DNA of 34,266 bases from Sulfuritalea sp. (lineage in GTDB: Bacteria > Pseudomonadota > Gammaproteobacteria > Burkholderiales > Rhodocyclaceae): positions 1 to 34,266 of the forward strand of contig JAPLRA010000121.1 of NCBI GenBank assembly GCA_026399445.1. Reading direction: 5' to 3'. The notes beneath the pieces were generated by a model. It made no database searches. It worked only from the letters and a program-made list of their open reading frames with translations, and was not told where the DNA came from. Both the position numbers and the translations under genes were made by a program. Every line of letters begins with the position of its first letter. Within the stretch, counting starts at the first letter, position 1. Of this stretch, positions 20,396 through 30,900 are shown in pieces.

Positions 20396-21608
20396 GTTCC
20401 CGCAAGGCTTCGACGCGCGCCGCACTGATGTTGCGGGCGATGGCTTGCGGGTCGGCGCCGCCACCGGCCGTCGCCGCGGCAATGGCTCCTGCATCCACGG
20501 CCCGCACCGCCACCAGAGCCTCTTGCCAGATCGTCGCCTGCGTGTAATCGCGCTCTTCCCAGCCCAGTCGGCCGCGATAGTCCGCCTCGCAGGCCACCAA
20601 TATCGACTCGAAGCGCTCGGGCCGACGCAGCGCGTCGCAACGCTCGAGCAACGTCAGCATGGTTTCCGGGCGCAACTCGGCTACGCGATGCATGTCGCCA
20701 TGGAAACGGGCGACAAGGCGCGCCACGTCACGACAATCGGTCGGCACGCGCAGTCGTTCGCAGATCGCTTCGACCATGGTGACGCTTTTGGCTTCATGGC
20801 CGTGATGGCGCGGCAGGATGTCGGCCGGCGTGCGCCCCTTGCCCAGATCGTGCGTCAGTGCGGCAAAGCGCGCCGGCAGGGCCGCAGCCAACCGCGCCGA
20901 CATGTCGATCACCATCATGACATGCACGCCGGTGTCGATCTCGGGATGGTAATCGGCCCGCTGCGGCACTCCCCACAGGGCATCCAGCTCGGGCAACAGG
21001 CGCGCAAGAGCGCCGCATTCGCGCAGCACTTCGAACATGCGCGAGGGCCGGGCTTCCATCAGCCCGCGCGCCAGCTCCTGCCAGACGCGTTCCGGCACCA
21101 GCGCATCGACTTCGCCCGTGGCCACCATGCCGCGCATCAGATGCAGGGTTTCGGGGGCGATCGAGAAATCGACAAAGCGCGCCGCAAAACGCGCAACGCG
21201 AAGAATGCGCACCGGATCTTCCGCGAAGGCGGGAGCGACATGCCGCAAAACGCGCGCGGCAAGATCGGCGCGGCCGCCATATGGGTCGATGACGGCGCCC
21301 GACTCATCCCTGGCCATGGCGTTGATGGTCAGGTCGCGACGCGTCACATCCTGCTCCAGCGTCACTCCCGGTGCAGCATGAAAGGCGAAACCGGTATAGC
21401 CGGGCGCCGTCTTGCGCTCGGTGCGCGCCAGCGCGTATTCCTCATGCGTCTGCGGATGGAGGAATACCGGGAAGTCGCGGCCGACCGGCAGAAAGCCCTG
21501 CGCCAGCATGTCTTGCGGCGTGGCGCCGACCACCACCCAGTCGCGATCCTTGACCGGCAGGCCCATCAGTTCGTCGCGCACCGCACCACCGACCGCGTAG
21601 ATTTCCAT
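20376..21608 (-). CDS. cca: Multifunctional CCA tRNA nucleotidyltransferase
   Basis: [52 protein letters not shown] domain. Confidence 0.96.
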   Translation of the reverse strand: MEIYAVGGAVRDELMGLPVKDRDWVVVGATPQDMLAQGFLPVGRDFPVFLHPQTHEEYALARTERKTAPGYTGFAFHAAPGVTLEQDVTRRDLTINAMARDESGAVIDPYGGRADLAARVLRHVAPAFAEDPVRILRVARFAARFVDFSIAPETLHLMRGMVATGEVDALVPERVWQELARGLMEARPSRMFEVLRECGALARLLPELDALWGVPQRADYHPEIDTGVHVMMVIDMSARLAAALPARFAALTHDLGKGRTPADILPRHHGHEAKSVTMVEAICERLRVPTDCRDVARLVARFHGDMHRVAELRPETMLTLLERCDALRRPERFESILVACEADYRGRLGWEERDYTQATIWQEALVAVRAVDAGAIAAATAGGGADPQAIARNISAARVEALRELKAASR

Positions 21609-21619
21609 GGCCGGAACTG

Positions 21620-22531
21620 TCAGCTTCGCAAGTAAGTCGGCGCGACGATTTCCAGCGGCGTCGCGACGCGGCCGAAAGGCAACGTGCGGCCGGTGTCGCA
21701 CACGCTGGCCACGCGCATCGAACGAATATTGTCGCGCGTCATCGGACCGTTGGGAATGAACTCCATGGCCCAGGCTTGCAGCCAGGCAACGGCCTCCGGC
21801 AGCCCGATCACGACGCGCGGATGACCTGAAATCGCCGCGGCATAGCTGACCAGTTGGCGCAGGCTGTACTGCGTCGGGCCGCCCAGATCGTAGGCCGCGC
21901 CGATGCTGTCCGCTCGTTGCAGACTGTCCGCCACCGCGGCGGCGACATCCTCCACCCATACCGGCTGGAATCGCGCCTCGGCGCCCGCCAGCGGGAAGAA
22001 CGGGGCGATTTTCGCCATCCGCGCGAACAGCGTAAGGAAGGAATCGCCCGGACCGAAGATCACCGAGGGGCGAAACAGCGTGAGATCGAGTCCCGCATCC
22101 CGCAGCGCGGCCTCGCCGGCCGCCTTGGAACACAAATAGCCGGAAGGCGCATCGGGCGCCGCCTTCAACGCCGATACATGCAGGACGCGGCGGACTCCAG
22201 CGGCCTTCGCCGCCGCAGCAATCTTTTGCGGCAACTCGACATGGGCGCGGGCGAAGCCCTTGCCGTAGGGCTTTCCCTCGCCGCCCTTGAGGATGCCGAC
22301 CAGGCTAATGACAGCGTGCTGACCCGCCATCAGGCGATCCAGCGTCGCAGCATCATGCACATCGGCGTCGACCACGTGCACGGTGGGCAGCACCAGCAGA
22401 TGCCTGGCCCGCTCGCGACGACGAGTCGGCAGCGTAAAGCAATAGTCGGCGCTCGCGGGACGGCGAGCCAGTTCGCGGACAATGGCCGTGCCGAGAAATC
22501 CCGTGCCACCAATCACCAGAATGTTCTTCAG
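21620..22531 (-). CDS. Complex I NDUFA9 subunit family NAD-dependent epimerase/dehydratase; CTG start inferred
   Basis: [37 protein letters not shown]; CTG overlaps the slt stop codon, with GGAGG 7 nt upstream. Confidence 0.85.
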   Translation of the reverse strand: MKNILVIGGTGFLGTAIVRELARRPASADYCFTLPTRRRERARHLLVLPTVHVVDADVHDAATLDRLMAGQHAVISLVGILKGGEGKPYGKGFARAHVELPQKIAAAAKAAGVRRVLHVSALKAAPDAPSGYLCSKAAGEAALRDAGLDLTLFRPSVIFGPGDSFLTLFARMAKIAPFFPLAGAEARFQPVWVEDVAAAVADSLQRADSIGAAYDLGGPTQYSLRQLVSYAAAISGHPRVVIGLPEAVAWLQAWAMEFIPNGPMTRDNIRSMRVASVCDTGRTLPFGRVATPLEIVAPTYLRS

Positions 22532-24480
22532 GGCAGTTCCTCCACGGCCTTCTCGCCCTGTCCGCGAGCGCCGACCACGCCCAGCGCGTCCTTCAGCGAC
22601 TGCGGACGGCCGGAGAATAGGGTGTTGTAATACACCGCATTGCTCATGACCTTCTTCACGTAGTCGCGGGTTTCGTTGAAGGGAATGGTCTCGGCGTAGA
22701 TGGCGCCTTCCAGCGCGTGTTCCGCGCGCCACCTGCGAGCGCGGCCGGGGCCGGCGTTGTAGGCGGCGGAGGCCAGCACAGGATGATTGTCGAGCGACTT
22801 CAGCACCATCTTCATGTAGTGGGTGCCGAGCGTGACATTGGTGTCCATTTCGGTCACGCGGGCCGGCTGGAAATTCGGCAGATTGATCTTCTTCGCCACC
22901 CATTTCGCCGTGGCGGGCATGAGTTGCATCAGCCCTTTGGCGCCGACCGAGGATTTTGCGTTCATGATGAAGCGCGACTCCTGTCGCATCAGGCCATACA
23001 CCCAGCCGTTGTCGAGTGCCAGCTGGTCGGCCTTCGGCCGCACCTGATCGCTGAACGGGGCAATGTAGCGCAGGCTGTAGTTGTGCTGAACCAGCGTGCG
23101 GTCGGCGGTGTTGATGGCGCGATCCCATATTTCATGACGCTTGGCGAACTCCGCTGCGGCAAGCAATCCCCGGTCGTCCAGGCCGCGCAAAGACCACACC
23201 CATTCACGCACCGCTTCGACGCGCATATCGACCCGAAACAACGCCAGGGAGCGCTGGAAGCCCGGATTCGCTTCGGCGACCGCCGATTCCTCGGTGCTGG
23301 GAGGGATCGCGCGCGGCGGCACTTCAATCGCGCGGCCGAGCTCCTCATCGGCGAGATTGCCGTAGAAGTTCGGCTGACCGCTGATCTTCAGGTACTGCTT
23401 GCGAGCTTCGTCGGCATGACTGCCGGCCGCCAGCGCACGACCCTGCCAATAGGTCCAGTCGGGCTGTGCCGCCAGGTTGGCCGGCATGGCGGCAATCGCA
23501 CGGCGCACGGCGCTCCAGTCGTGCGCCCGCAGCGCGGCGCGCACCTGCCATGCCCGCTGCTCTTCGGACAGACCCGTGCCGATGGCCTTTTCATACCAGG
23601 CCAGCGCTTCCGGCTGGTGCCGCAATGCCGCCTGCCAGGCGAGCTGGCCCCAGGCATAGGCGCGTTCTTCCGCGGTAAATTGCGATTCGATTCGCGCCCA
23701 GCGCTTTGCCGCATCCTGCGTATCGTTCCGCGCCAGACGTTGCACCGCGAACAAGGCCACTTCTCGTCCGCCACGCTTTGCGGCAAAGCCGCCCGGAAGT
23801 TTATCGAGATGGCGCGCCGGCCCTTGCGCAATGGATTCCAGGCCGCGCCCGTCAAAGCCTTCGCTGACCGGCAAATAGGCTGCCGCATTGCGCGCGGCGC
23901 CGACACGTTTGACTTCCAGCAGTCGGCGCACACGCTGCCAGACCTCTTCCACCGTCAAGCCACCCGCCGCAACCAGATTATCAACCAGTGCCTCGCAGGC
24001 TTGCGGCAGGTCCTGGCCGCTGTTCCAGTAGGGCCGCACGGTATCCGCCGTGTTTGCGGCCTGCGCCGCATAGCAGCTTACTTCGGCATCGGGCAGCATC
24101 AACGCGGGCAACTCGCGCTTGAAACCTTCCCACTCGCCCTTCTTGCCCATCACGCGCAACCAGTCGCCAAGCAGTTTTTCAGACAAATAGGCGCTCGGGT
24201 AACGGATCAGGTAGTCCGCTACCCCGCTTTCATCGCCATCGTCAAGACGCAGGCGCAGGGCCCAGTATTCGGCCCAAGCCTGCAGCGGGTGGCCCTGCAA
24301 CCCCGCGATCTGCCTTTCCAAACGGACCCGCTCGCCATTGCGAAAAGCTTCCCGCGCCGACAGAAACGCCGCATCGCCGCGATCGGCGAAAGTTCTCGAC
24401 GGGCCGCACAGCGCTGGCGCTGGCGCCAAGGCGACACCGAGAAAGACGGTCGCGGCAAGGCCAATCCGGTATAGGGACAT
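22528..24480 (-). CDS. slt: Soluble lytic murein transglycosylase (Slt70-like)
   Basis: Signal peptide; helical repeats; RQESRF, GLMQLMP, AYNAGPG, ETRDYV; start could alternatively be 24504. Confidence 0.93.
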   Translation of the reverse strand: MSLYRIGLAATVFLGVALAPAPALCGPSRTFADRGDAAFLSAREAFRNGERVRLERQIAGLQGHPLQAWAEYWALRLRLDDGDESGVADYLIRYPSAYLSEKLLGDWLRVMGKKGEWEGFKRELPALMLPDAEVSCYAAQAANTADTVRPYWNSGQDLPQACEALVDNLVAAGGLTVEEVWQRVRRLLEVKRVGAARNAAAYLPVSEGFDGRGLESIAQGPARHLDKLPGGFAAKRGGREVALFAVQRLARNDTQDAAKRWARIESQFTAEERAYAWGQLAWQAALRHQPEALAWYEKAIGTGLSEEQRAWQVRAALRAHDWSAVRRAIAAMPANLAAQPDWTYWQGRALAAGSHADEARKQYLKISGQPNFYGNLADEELGRAIEVPPRAIPPSTEESAVAEANPGFQRSLALFRVDMRVEAVREWVWSLRGLDDRGLLAAAEFAKRHEIWDRAINTADRTLVQHNYSLRYIAPFSDQVRPKADQLALDNGWVYGLMRQESRFIMNAKSSVGAKGLMQLMPATAKWVAKKINLPNFQPARVTEMDTNVTLGTHYMKMVLKSLDNHPVLASAAYNAGPGRARRWRAEHALEGAIYAETIPFNETRDYVKKVMSNAVYYNTLFSGRPQSLKDALGVVGARGQGEKAVEELP

Positions 24481-24546
24481 CGCTGGGTTGAGGTTATAGT
24501 TCATCTGCTGGTTTCTACTTGACTTGTTCCGGCTCCACGTTAGCAC

Positions 24547-25146
24547 ATGGCTGCACTCTCCCCGTCGACCGAACACATCGCCGATTCCTCCGTTTTTCGC
24601 GCTGCACTGCGAGGCGAGAAGCTGGCTGCCCGCATGTCGCTTGCTGCGGATTCCCGCCTTGCGCTCTCGGCCCGCATCGAAGCGAATCTACTGCAACTGC
24701 TGACGCCACTCGCGCCACAGACCCTGGCCTTCTGTGCCTCCGTGCGCGGCGAATTCGATGCGCAACCACTGGTATCCCTCCTCATTGAACGCGGCTGGCG
24801 AGCCGCGATGCCGATAGTCGACGCGCCAGACACACCGATGAGCTTCCGCAACTGGTCGCCCGGCGTGGCAATGGGTGTCGACCGCTACGGCATCCCCATC
24901 CCCGCCGAAGGTGGGGCTATCGCCCCCGACATCGTGCTGTTGCCGCTGGTCGCCTTTGACAGCCAGGGCTTTCGCCTTGGCTACGGTGGTGGTTACTTCG
25001 ACCGCACGCTGGCGGCACTGGTTCCACGTCCGTTTTCGATCGGGGTTGGCTTCGAACTCGCACGCGCTAAGGACATCCGCCCGCAACCACACGACATCCG
25101 CCTCGATGCCATCGTCACCGAAGCAGGTATCGTCCGCCATGGCTGA
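24547..25146 (+). CDS. ygfA: 5-formyltetrahydrofolate cyclo-ligase
   Basis: PLVAFD..G.RLGYGGGYFDR, PQPHDI.LD.IVTE. Confidence 0.93.
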   Translation: MAALSPSTEHIADSSVFRAALRGEKLAARMSLAADSRLALSARIEANLLQLLTPLAPQTLAFCASVRGEFDAQPLVSLLIERGWRAAMPIVDAPDTPMSFRNWSPGVAMGVDRYGIPIPAEGGAIAPDIVLLPLVAFDSQGFRLGYGGGYFDRTLAALVPRPFSIGVGFELARAKDIRPQPHDIRLDAIVTEAGIVRHG

Positions 25147-25207
25147 GTGGCGGGCGCAAGCCTCGTTTTCGGCCGCCACCGCAGATCCGGCCTTGCATCC
25201 GTAGCGA

Positions 25208-26095
25208 TTGCTTGTTTTCCAGCCGACGCCCGGCCCCACTCACGAATGGGCCGCTGTCCGTCTGCGCGGTGCGGAGATGGCTGACGCGGCGGCACTGGCA
25301 AGGCTGTTCGGCGAATTCGGTCTGGCAGACGCGATCTCCGGTCTGGTTTGCCTGCTGCCCGCCAGCGTGATCGAACGACTCGATGCCACCCTGCTTCCGG
25401 CGGGGTTCGTGGTGCAGCCGGCACCCGACAGTCCGCAGCCCGCCGCTCCGCCCCCACCTCCGACGCCGCGCAGCGGCCCGCAACATACCTTGCTGCTGAA
25501 GATCCTGGCCCAGATCACCCGCGACGCCGAAACCCGGGATATCGAAGCCACCTTGAAGCACGATCCGCAACTCTCGGTGCAATTGCTGCGGCTGGTCAAT
25601 TCGGTGGCTTTTTCGCCCAGTACCCGCATCAACAGCTTCGCCCATGCGATCACCCTGCTGGGCCGCCGGCAGTTGCAGCGCTGGCTGCAACTCCTGCTCT
25701 ATGCGAGCCAGGCGTCAGGCTCCCAGACCAATCCGCTGATGGCCACCGCCGCGTTGCGCGCCTCGTTGATGGAAGGCCTGTGCAAGGCCACCGGCGGCGA
25801 CCGGACGACACAGGACGAAGCCTTCATGGTCGGCATGTTTTCCCTGCTCGAAGCCCTGTTCGGACAGCCGCTCGCCACCATCATTGCGCCGCTGCAACTG
25901 GCGGAGGAGATCAGCGGAGCATTGCTGCGCCACACGGGCGCGCTGGGAAACCTGCTGACCCTCGCCGAGGAGGCGGAACAAGGGCCGGATGTGGTGGGTC
26001 CGACGCTGAAGCAAGCCGGGATCAGCAACGAGATCTGGTGCAAGACGCAGATCGAGGCCTTGCGCTGGACTCTGCAGGTCGGCCGGGACAAATAG
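25208..26095 (+). CDS. HDOD domain-containing signalling protein; start codon uncertain
   Basis: DPQLSVQLLRLVNS, HAITLLGRRQLQRW, AFMVGMFSLL. Confidence 0.85.
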   Translation: MLVFQPTPGPTHEWAAVRLRGAEMADAAALARLFGEFGLADAISGLVCLLPASVIERLDATLLPAGFVVQPAPDSPQPAAPPPPPTPRSGPQHTLLLKILAQITRDAETRDIEATLKHDPQLSVQLLRLVNSVAFSPSTRINSFAHAITLLGRRQLQRWLQLLLYASQASGSQTNPLMATAALRASLMEGLCKATGGDRTTQDEAFMVGMFSLLEALFGQPLATIIAPLQLAEEISGALLRHTGALGNLLTLAEEAEQGPDVVGPTLKQAGISNEIWCKTQIEALRWTLQVGRDK

Positions 26096-26101
26096 GAATC
26101 A

Positions 26102-28162
26102 ATGGCCAACCCCGATAGCGAACTGGAGGAACTGCGTCAGCAGGCGCAGATCCTCCAGCACATCAACGAGTCGGTCATCTCCATGGACCTGGCCGGCTTC
26201 ATCACCGGCTGGAACAGCAGCGCCGAGCGTCTTTTCGGCTACAGCGCGGACGAAGTCATGGGCCGTAACGTGCTGTTTCTCTATGCAGACGAAAACGATG
26301 AAGACATCAGTTTCGAGGATGTCTTCCTCAACCGCGGCGGTCGCGAAATGGAGGTACGCCGGCGCAAGAAGAACGGCGAGGTGTTCTGGGCCAGGCTCCA
26401 GCTTTCGGTCATGCGCGATGAAGATGGCCAGCCGAACGGCTTGATCGGCTTTCTTTCGGACATTTCCGAACGCCGCGATGCTGCCGAGCAGTTGCGCCTG
26501 CACGCCCGCATTTTCGAACAGTCGGACGAGGCGATCCTGATCACCGATGCACAGGAAAAAATCGTGTCGGTCAATCCGGCGTTCGCCAGGATCACCGGCT
26601 ACTCGGCAGGCGAAGTCATGGGAGAGACGCCGCGCAAGTTCCGCTCCGGCCGGCACGATGCCGCGTTCTTCGAGAAGATGTGGCAACAGCTGCTCGACAC
26701 CGGCTACTGGCAGGGCGAGGTGTGGGATCGCCGCAAGGATGGCGAGATCTACCCCAAGTGGCTGTCCATCGGCTCGGTGCGCAATTCCGTGGGCGATATC
26801 ACGCATTACTTTTCCATCTTCACCGACATCACAGATCGCAAGCGGGCCGAAGGGCGCATTCATCATCTCGCCTATTTCGACGCCCTGACCGGACTGCCGA
26901 ACCGCGCGCAGTTCAGCCGGCTGTCCGATCAAGCGCTGATGGCGTCAAAGCGCAAGGAGGGTTTCGGTGCCGTGCTGTTCATTGACCTGAACCGCTTCAA
27001 GCCGATCAACGACACGCTGGGTCATGTCGTCGGCGACAAGGTGCTGCAGGAAACCGCCAACCGTCTGCGCGCCTGCCTGCGCGGCGCAGATGTGGTTTGC
27101 CGCCTCGGCGGCGACGAGTTCGCGGTGGGCCTGTTTGAAATCGCCAATCGCGAGCATGCCGCCAACGTGGCTCAGAAGCTGCTCGCCACGCTGGACGATC
27201 CCATCGTGATTGCCGGCCGCGAGCTGAAGCTGGGTGCCGCGATCGGCATCAGCGTCTATCCCGATGACGGCATGGACACGGAAACCCTGCTGCGCCAGGC
27301 CGACATCGCCATGTATCGCGCCAAACAAACGGGGCCGGACGGCCTGGCGTTTTTCAGCGAAGACATGAACCAGCGCGCGGCTGATCGCATGAACCTCGAA
27401 GCGGGCTTGCGCCGCGCCATCGACCGCGACGAACTGCTGCTCTACTACCAGCCCAAGGTTAACATCGAGAGCGGCGCGATCATCGGCGCCGAAGCGCTGG
27501 TGCGCTGGCGTCATCCGGAACGCGGCCTGGTGCCGCCCGCCGAATTCGTGCCGGTTGCCGAGGAATCCGGGCTGATTGTTCATGTCAGCAATTGGGTTCT
27601 CGAAGCAGCTTGCAAACAGATTCGTCAATGGGCGGATGCCGGCTTGCCGGCGATGCACATCGCCGTCAATCTATCGGTGCGCGATTTTTCCAGCGGCCTG
27701 CCCGCACGTGTTCAGGAACTGCTCGAGCGGCACGGGATCGGCGCCGAATGGCTGGAACTGGAAATCACCGAAGGCATGCTGATGCACCACACCGCCACCG
27801 TTATCGCCATGATGGATGAGATCACGGCGCTCGGCGTTTCCCTATCGCTCGACGATTTCGGTACCGGCTATTCAAGCCTGTCCTACCTCAAGCGCTTCCC
27901 CATCGATACCCTCAAGATCGACCGCAGCTTCGTCATCGGCATCCCCGGCGATACCGACGACTGCGCCATCGCCGGCGCCATAGTCGGCATGTCCAAGCAG
28001 CTGAAGCACAACGTGATTGCCGAAGGTGTCGAGACAGCTGAGCAGCTGATGTTTCTCAAGAGCCTCGGTTGCGACGAGATTCAGGGCTATCTGTTCTCGC
28101 CACCGGTCCCGGCCGAAACCTTCGCCGGAATGGTGCGCGACGGCAAGCGGCTGGTAGCCTAA
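26102..28162 (+). CDS. PAS-PAS-GGDEF-EAL c-di-GMP cyclase/phosphodiesterase
   Basis: Two PAS/PAC domains; DALTGLPNR, RLGGDEF, AEALVRW, DDFGTGYSSL, AEGVET, QGYLF. Confidence 0.95.
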   Translation: MANPDSELEELRQQAQILQHINESVISMDLAGFITGWNSSAERLFGYSADEVMGRNVLFLYADENDEDISFEDVFLNRGGREMEVRRRKKNGEVFWARLQLSVMRDEDGQPNGLIGFLSDISERRDAAEQLRLHARIFEQSDEAILITDAQEKIVSVNPAFARITGYSAGEVMGETPRKFRSGRHDAAFFEKMWQQLLDTGYWQGEVWDRRKDGEIYPKWLSIGSVRNSVGDITHYFSIFTDITDRKRAEGRIHHLAYFDALTGLPNRAQFSRLSDQALMASKRKEGFGAVLFIDLNRFKPINDTLGHVVGDKVLQETANRLRACLRGADVVCRLGGDEFAVGLFEIANREHAANVAQKLLATLDDPIVIAGRELKLGAAIGISVYPDDGMDTETLLRQADIAMYRAKQTGPDGLAFFSEDMNQRAADRMNLEAGLRRAIDRDELLLYYQPKVNIESGAIIGAEALVRWRHPERGLVPPAEFVPVAEESGLIVHVSNWVLEAACKQIRQWADAGLPAMHIAVNLSVRDFSSGLPARVQELLERHGIGAEWLELEITEGMLMHHTATVIAMMDEITALGVSLSLDDFGTGYSSLSYLKRFPIDTLKIDRSFVIGIPGDTDDCAIAGAIVGMSKQLKHNVIAEGVETAEQLMFLKSLGCDEIQGYLFSPPVPAETFAGMVRDGKRLVA

Positions 28163-29331
28163 GGGCCAGTGGCCCGCGACAACCTCTCCAGCGCCTCGTC
28201 CAGCAGTGCGCGCCGCGTGCCGAAATTGAGTCGAACGAAACCCGGCGCGCCGAAATCGGCGCCATCAGAGAGTCCCAGGCCGTGTTGCTCGAACCAGCGG
28301 GCCGGATTGTCGATGCCGCGATCCGCGGCAAACTCGCGGGCATCGATCCAGGCCAGATAGGTCGCCTCCACCGGTCGCATGTCGAGCCCCGGAACTGAAG
28401 CGACCGCGCGCTCCACCGCACGCAGGTTGCCGCGCAAATAATCCAGCAGCGTGGCGTGCCAGTCATCGCACAAGGTGAGCGCTGCTTCGGTCGCCACCAT
28501 GCCCAGGGCATTCACGTGCGGCACGATGCCGTGCATGGCGTGATGGAAGCGGCGGCGCAGATCGCCATCGGGAATGATGGCAAAGGCGCAGCCCAGTCCG
28601 GGAATATTGAAGGTCTTGGACGGCGCCATCAGCGTAATGGTGCGCGCCGCCAGTTCGGGGTCGAGCGTGGCGAAAAGCCGGTGCCGGCGGCGACCCGAAG
28701 GTAGTGCAGAGCAAGGCGACAGAATCAGGTCGTTGTGGATTTCGTCCGAACACACCACCAGATTGTGCTTTTCGGCCAGGGCCGCGATCTGCCACAGCTC
28801 GTCTTCGTTCCACACCCGCCCCGTCGGATTGTGCGGATGGCAAAGCAGGAACAGCTTCGCCTGGCTGGTCTTGAGCACCGCGTCCACCGCAGCGAAATCC
28901 CACAACCAGCCCGCCGAGTCGCGCACCAGCGGGACGCTGGCCACGCGCCGCCCGGAATATTTCGGGGCCGAAAGAAAGGGCGGATAGATCGGCGTCGCGG
29001 TAAACACCGCATCGCCCGCCGCACCAACCGCACGGCAGGCGACATTGAGACCGGACACCAGGCCGGGCAGCCAGACCAGCCACTCGGGATCGACTGCCCA
29101 GTCGAACTTGCGGGCGACATAACCTATAGCTGCGTCGATCTGGCTCTTGGTCGGCTGGTTGTAGCCGAACACACCGTGATCGATGCGCTGCCGCAGTGCC
29201 TCGATCACTGCCGGCGGCGCGGCGAAATCCATATCCGCAACCCATAACGGTATGACGTCGGCCGCGTACTTCGCCCACTTCACCGAATCGGTGCCGGCCC
29301 GCTCGATGACTGCGTCGAAGTCAAAGCTCAT
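28159..29331 (-). CDS. patB: PatB/MalY family PLP-dependent C-S lyase (cystathionine beta-lyase)
   Basis: SVKW, PLWVADMDF, HNPTGR, SDEIH, APSKTFNIPG; start 29331 or 29337. Confidence 0.9.
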   Translation of the reverse strand: MSFDFDAVIERAGTDSVKWAKYAADVIPLWVADMDFAAPPAVIEALRQRIDHGVFGYNQPTKSQIDAAIGYVARKFDWAVDPEWLVWLPGLVSGLNVACRAVGAAGDAVFTATPIYPPFLSAPKYSGRRVASVPLVRDSAGWLWDFAAVDAVLKTSQAKLFLLCHPHNPTGRVWNEDELWQIAALAEKHNLVVCSDEIHNDLILSPCSALPSGRRRHRLFATLDPELAARTITLMAPSKTFNIPGLGCAFAIIPDGDLRRRFHHAMHGIVPHVNALGMVATEAALTLCDDWHATLLDYLRGNLRAVERAVASVPGLDMRPVEATYLAWIDAREFAADRGIDNPARWFEQHGLGLSDGADFGAPGFVRLNFGTRRALLDEALERLSRATGP

Positions 29332-29348
29332 GCGCATGCACCGAACGT

Positions 29349-30854
29349 CTAGCCCAGAAACAATCGGTATGCCGGGTTCTTCGATTCGTCCCAGAAGCGG
29401 TAGCCGAGGCTCTTGAGGAAGGCGCGGAAGTCCTTCATCTCCTTCGGCGGCACTTCCATGCCGACCAGCACGCGCCCCGTGTCGGCGCCGTGGTTGCGGT
29501 AGTGGAACAGGCTGATGTTCCAGCCGGCGCTCATCTTGTTGAGGAAATTCATCAGCGCGCCGGGACGCTCGGGGAACTCGAAGCGGTAGATCAATTCATT
29601 CTTCACCTGCGGCGCGTGGCCGCCGACCAGATGGCGGATATGCAGCTTGGCCATTTCGTCGTCGGTCAGGTCCAGCGCCGGATAGCCGTTCTTCTGCAGT
29701 TGTGCGACCAGCCTGGTCGCCTCGGCGCGATTGGCGACCTGCATGCCGACAAAGACATGCGCCTCGCCGGCATCGTGATAGCGGTAGTTGAATTCCGTGA
29801 TGTTGTGCGAACCGATCAGCGAAACGAATTTCTTGTAGGCGCCCGGCTTCTCCGGCAGCGTCACGGCCAGCACCGCTTCGCGCTGCTCGCCGACTTCGGC
29901 GCGCTCGGCGACGAAGCGCAGGCGGTCGAAATTCATGTTGGCGCCGGAAGCCACCGCCACCAGAGTTTTGCCCTGCACGCCATGCTTCTTGGCCCAGGCC
30001 TTGGCGCCGGCGATGGCGAGCGCGCCGGCCGGCTCGAGGATCGAACGCGTGTCTTCGAAGACGTCCTTGATCGCGGCGCAGATCGCATCGGTGTCGACCA
30101 GCACCATTTCATCGACGTATTCGCGGCACAGGCGGAAGGTCTCGGCGCCGACATACTTGACCGCCGCGCCGTCGGCGAACAGCCCGACGCTTTCCAGGCG
30201 CACGCGCTTGCCGGCTTTCAGCGAGCGGTCCATGGCATCGGCATCAGCCGCCTCGACGCCGATCACCTTGATTTCCGGCCGCAGGCGCTTGATGTAGGCC
30301 GCGACGCCCGAGATCAGTCCGCCGCCACCGACGCAGCAAAATACCGCTTCGATCGGATCGGGATGCTGGCGCAGGATCTCCATGCCGATGGTGCCCTGCC
30401 CGGCGATCACGTCCGGATCGTCGAAGGGATGGACGAAGTTGAGCTTCTGCTTCTTCTCCAGTTCCAGCGCGTGGATGTAGGCGGCATCGTAGGAGTCACC
30501 CGCCAGCACCACTTCGCCGCCGCGCTTCTTCACCGCGTCGATCTTGATCTGCGGCGTCGTCGTCGGCATCACGATCACGGCGCGGATGCCGAGCTTCTGC
30601 GCCGCCAGCGCGACACCCTGGGCATGGTTGCCGGCCGAAGCGCAGATCACGCCGCGCTTCCTTTGCGCCGGCGTCAGATGGACGATCTTGTTGTAGGCGC
30701 CGCGCAGCTTGAAGCTGAACACCGGCTGCATGTCCTCGCGCTTGAGCAGGATGCGATTGCCCGTGCGCGCCGAGAGAATCGACGCTGGCTCCAACGGCGT
30801 TTCGATGGCTACGTCATAGACGCGGGCGTTGAGGATTCTTTCGAGATAGTCCAT
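29349..30854 (-). CDS. ilvA: Threonine ammonia-lyase, biosynthetic
   Basis: KREDMQPVFSFKLRGA, SAGNHAQG, GGGGL, two C-terminal ACT-like domains. Confidence 0.97.
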   Translation of the reverse strand: MDYLERILNARVYDVAIETPLEPASILSARTGNRILLKREDMQPVFSFKLRGAYNKIVHLTPAQRKRGVICASAGNHAQGVALAAQKLGIRAVIVMPTTTPQIKIDAVKKRGGEVVLAGDSYDAAYIHALELEKKQKLNFVHPFDDPDVIAGQGTIGMEILRQHPDPIEAVFCCVGGGGLISGVAAYIKRLRPEIKVIGVEAADADAMDRSLKAGKRVRLESVGLFADGAAVKYVGAETFRLCREYVDEMVLVDTDAICAAIKDVFEDTRSILEPAGALAIAGAKAWAKKHGVQGKTLVAVASGANMNFDRLRFVAERAEVGEQREAVLAVTLPEKPGAYKKFVSLIGSHNITEFNYRYHDAGEAHVFVGMQVANRAEATRLVAQLQKNGYPALDLTDDEMAKLHIRHLVGGHAPQVKNELIYRFEFPERPGALMNFLNKMSAGWNISLFHYRNHGADTGRVLVGMEVPPKEMKDFRAFLKSLGYRFWDESKNPAYRLFLG

Positions 30855-30900
30855 GGCTTTGGGGCAGAAGGTTCGTTGACGCCAAAGGGTAACATGGCGC

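Noticed and set aside
24481-24546. 6S RNA (ssrS), which often precedes ygfA
   Set aside because: Only ~66 nt separate ygfA from the divergent slt gene; there is no room for a ~180-nt RNA.
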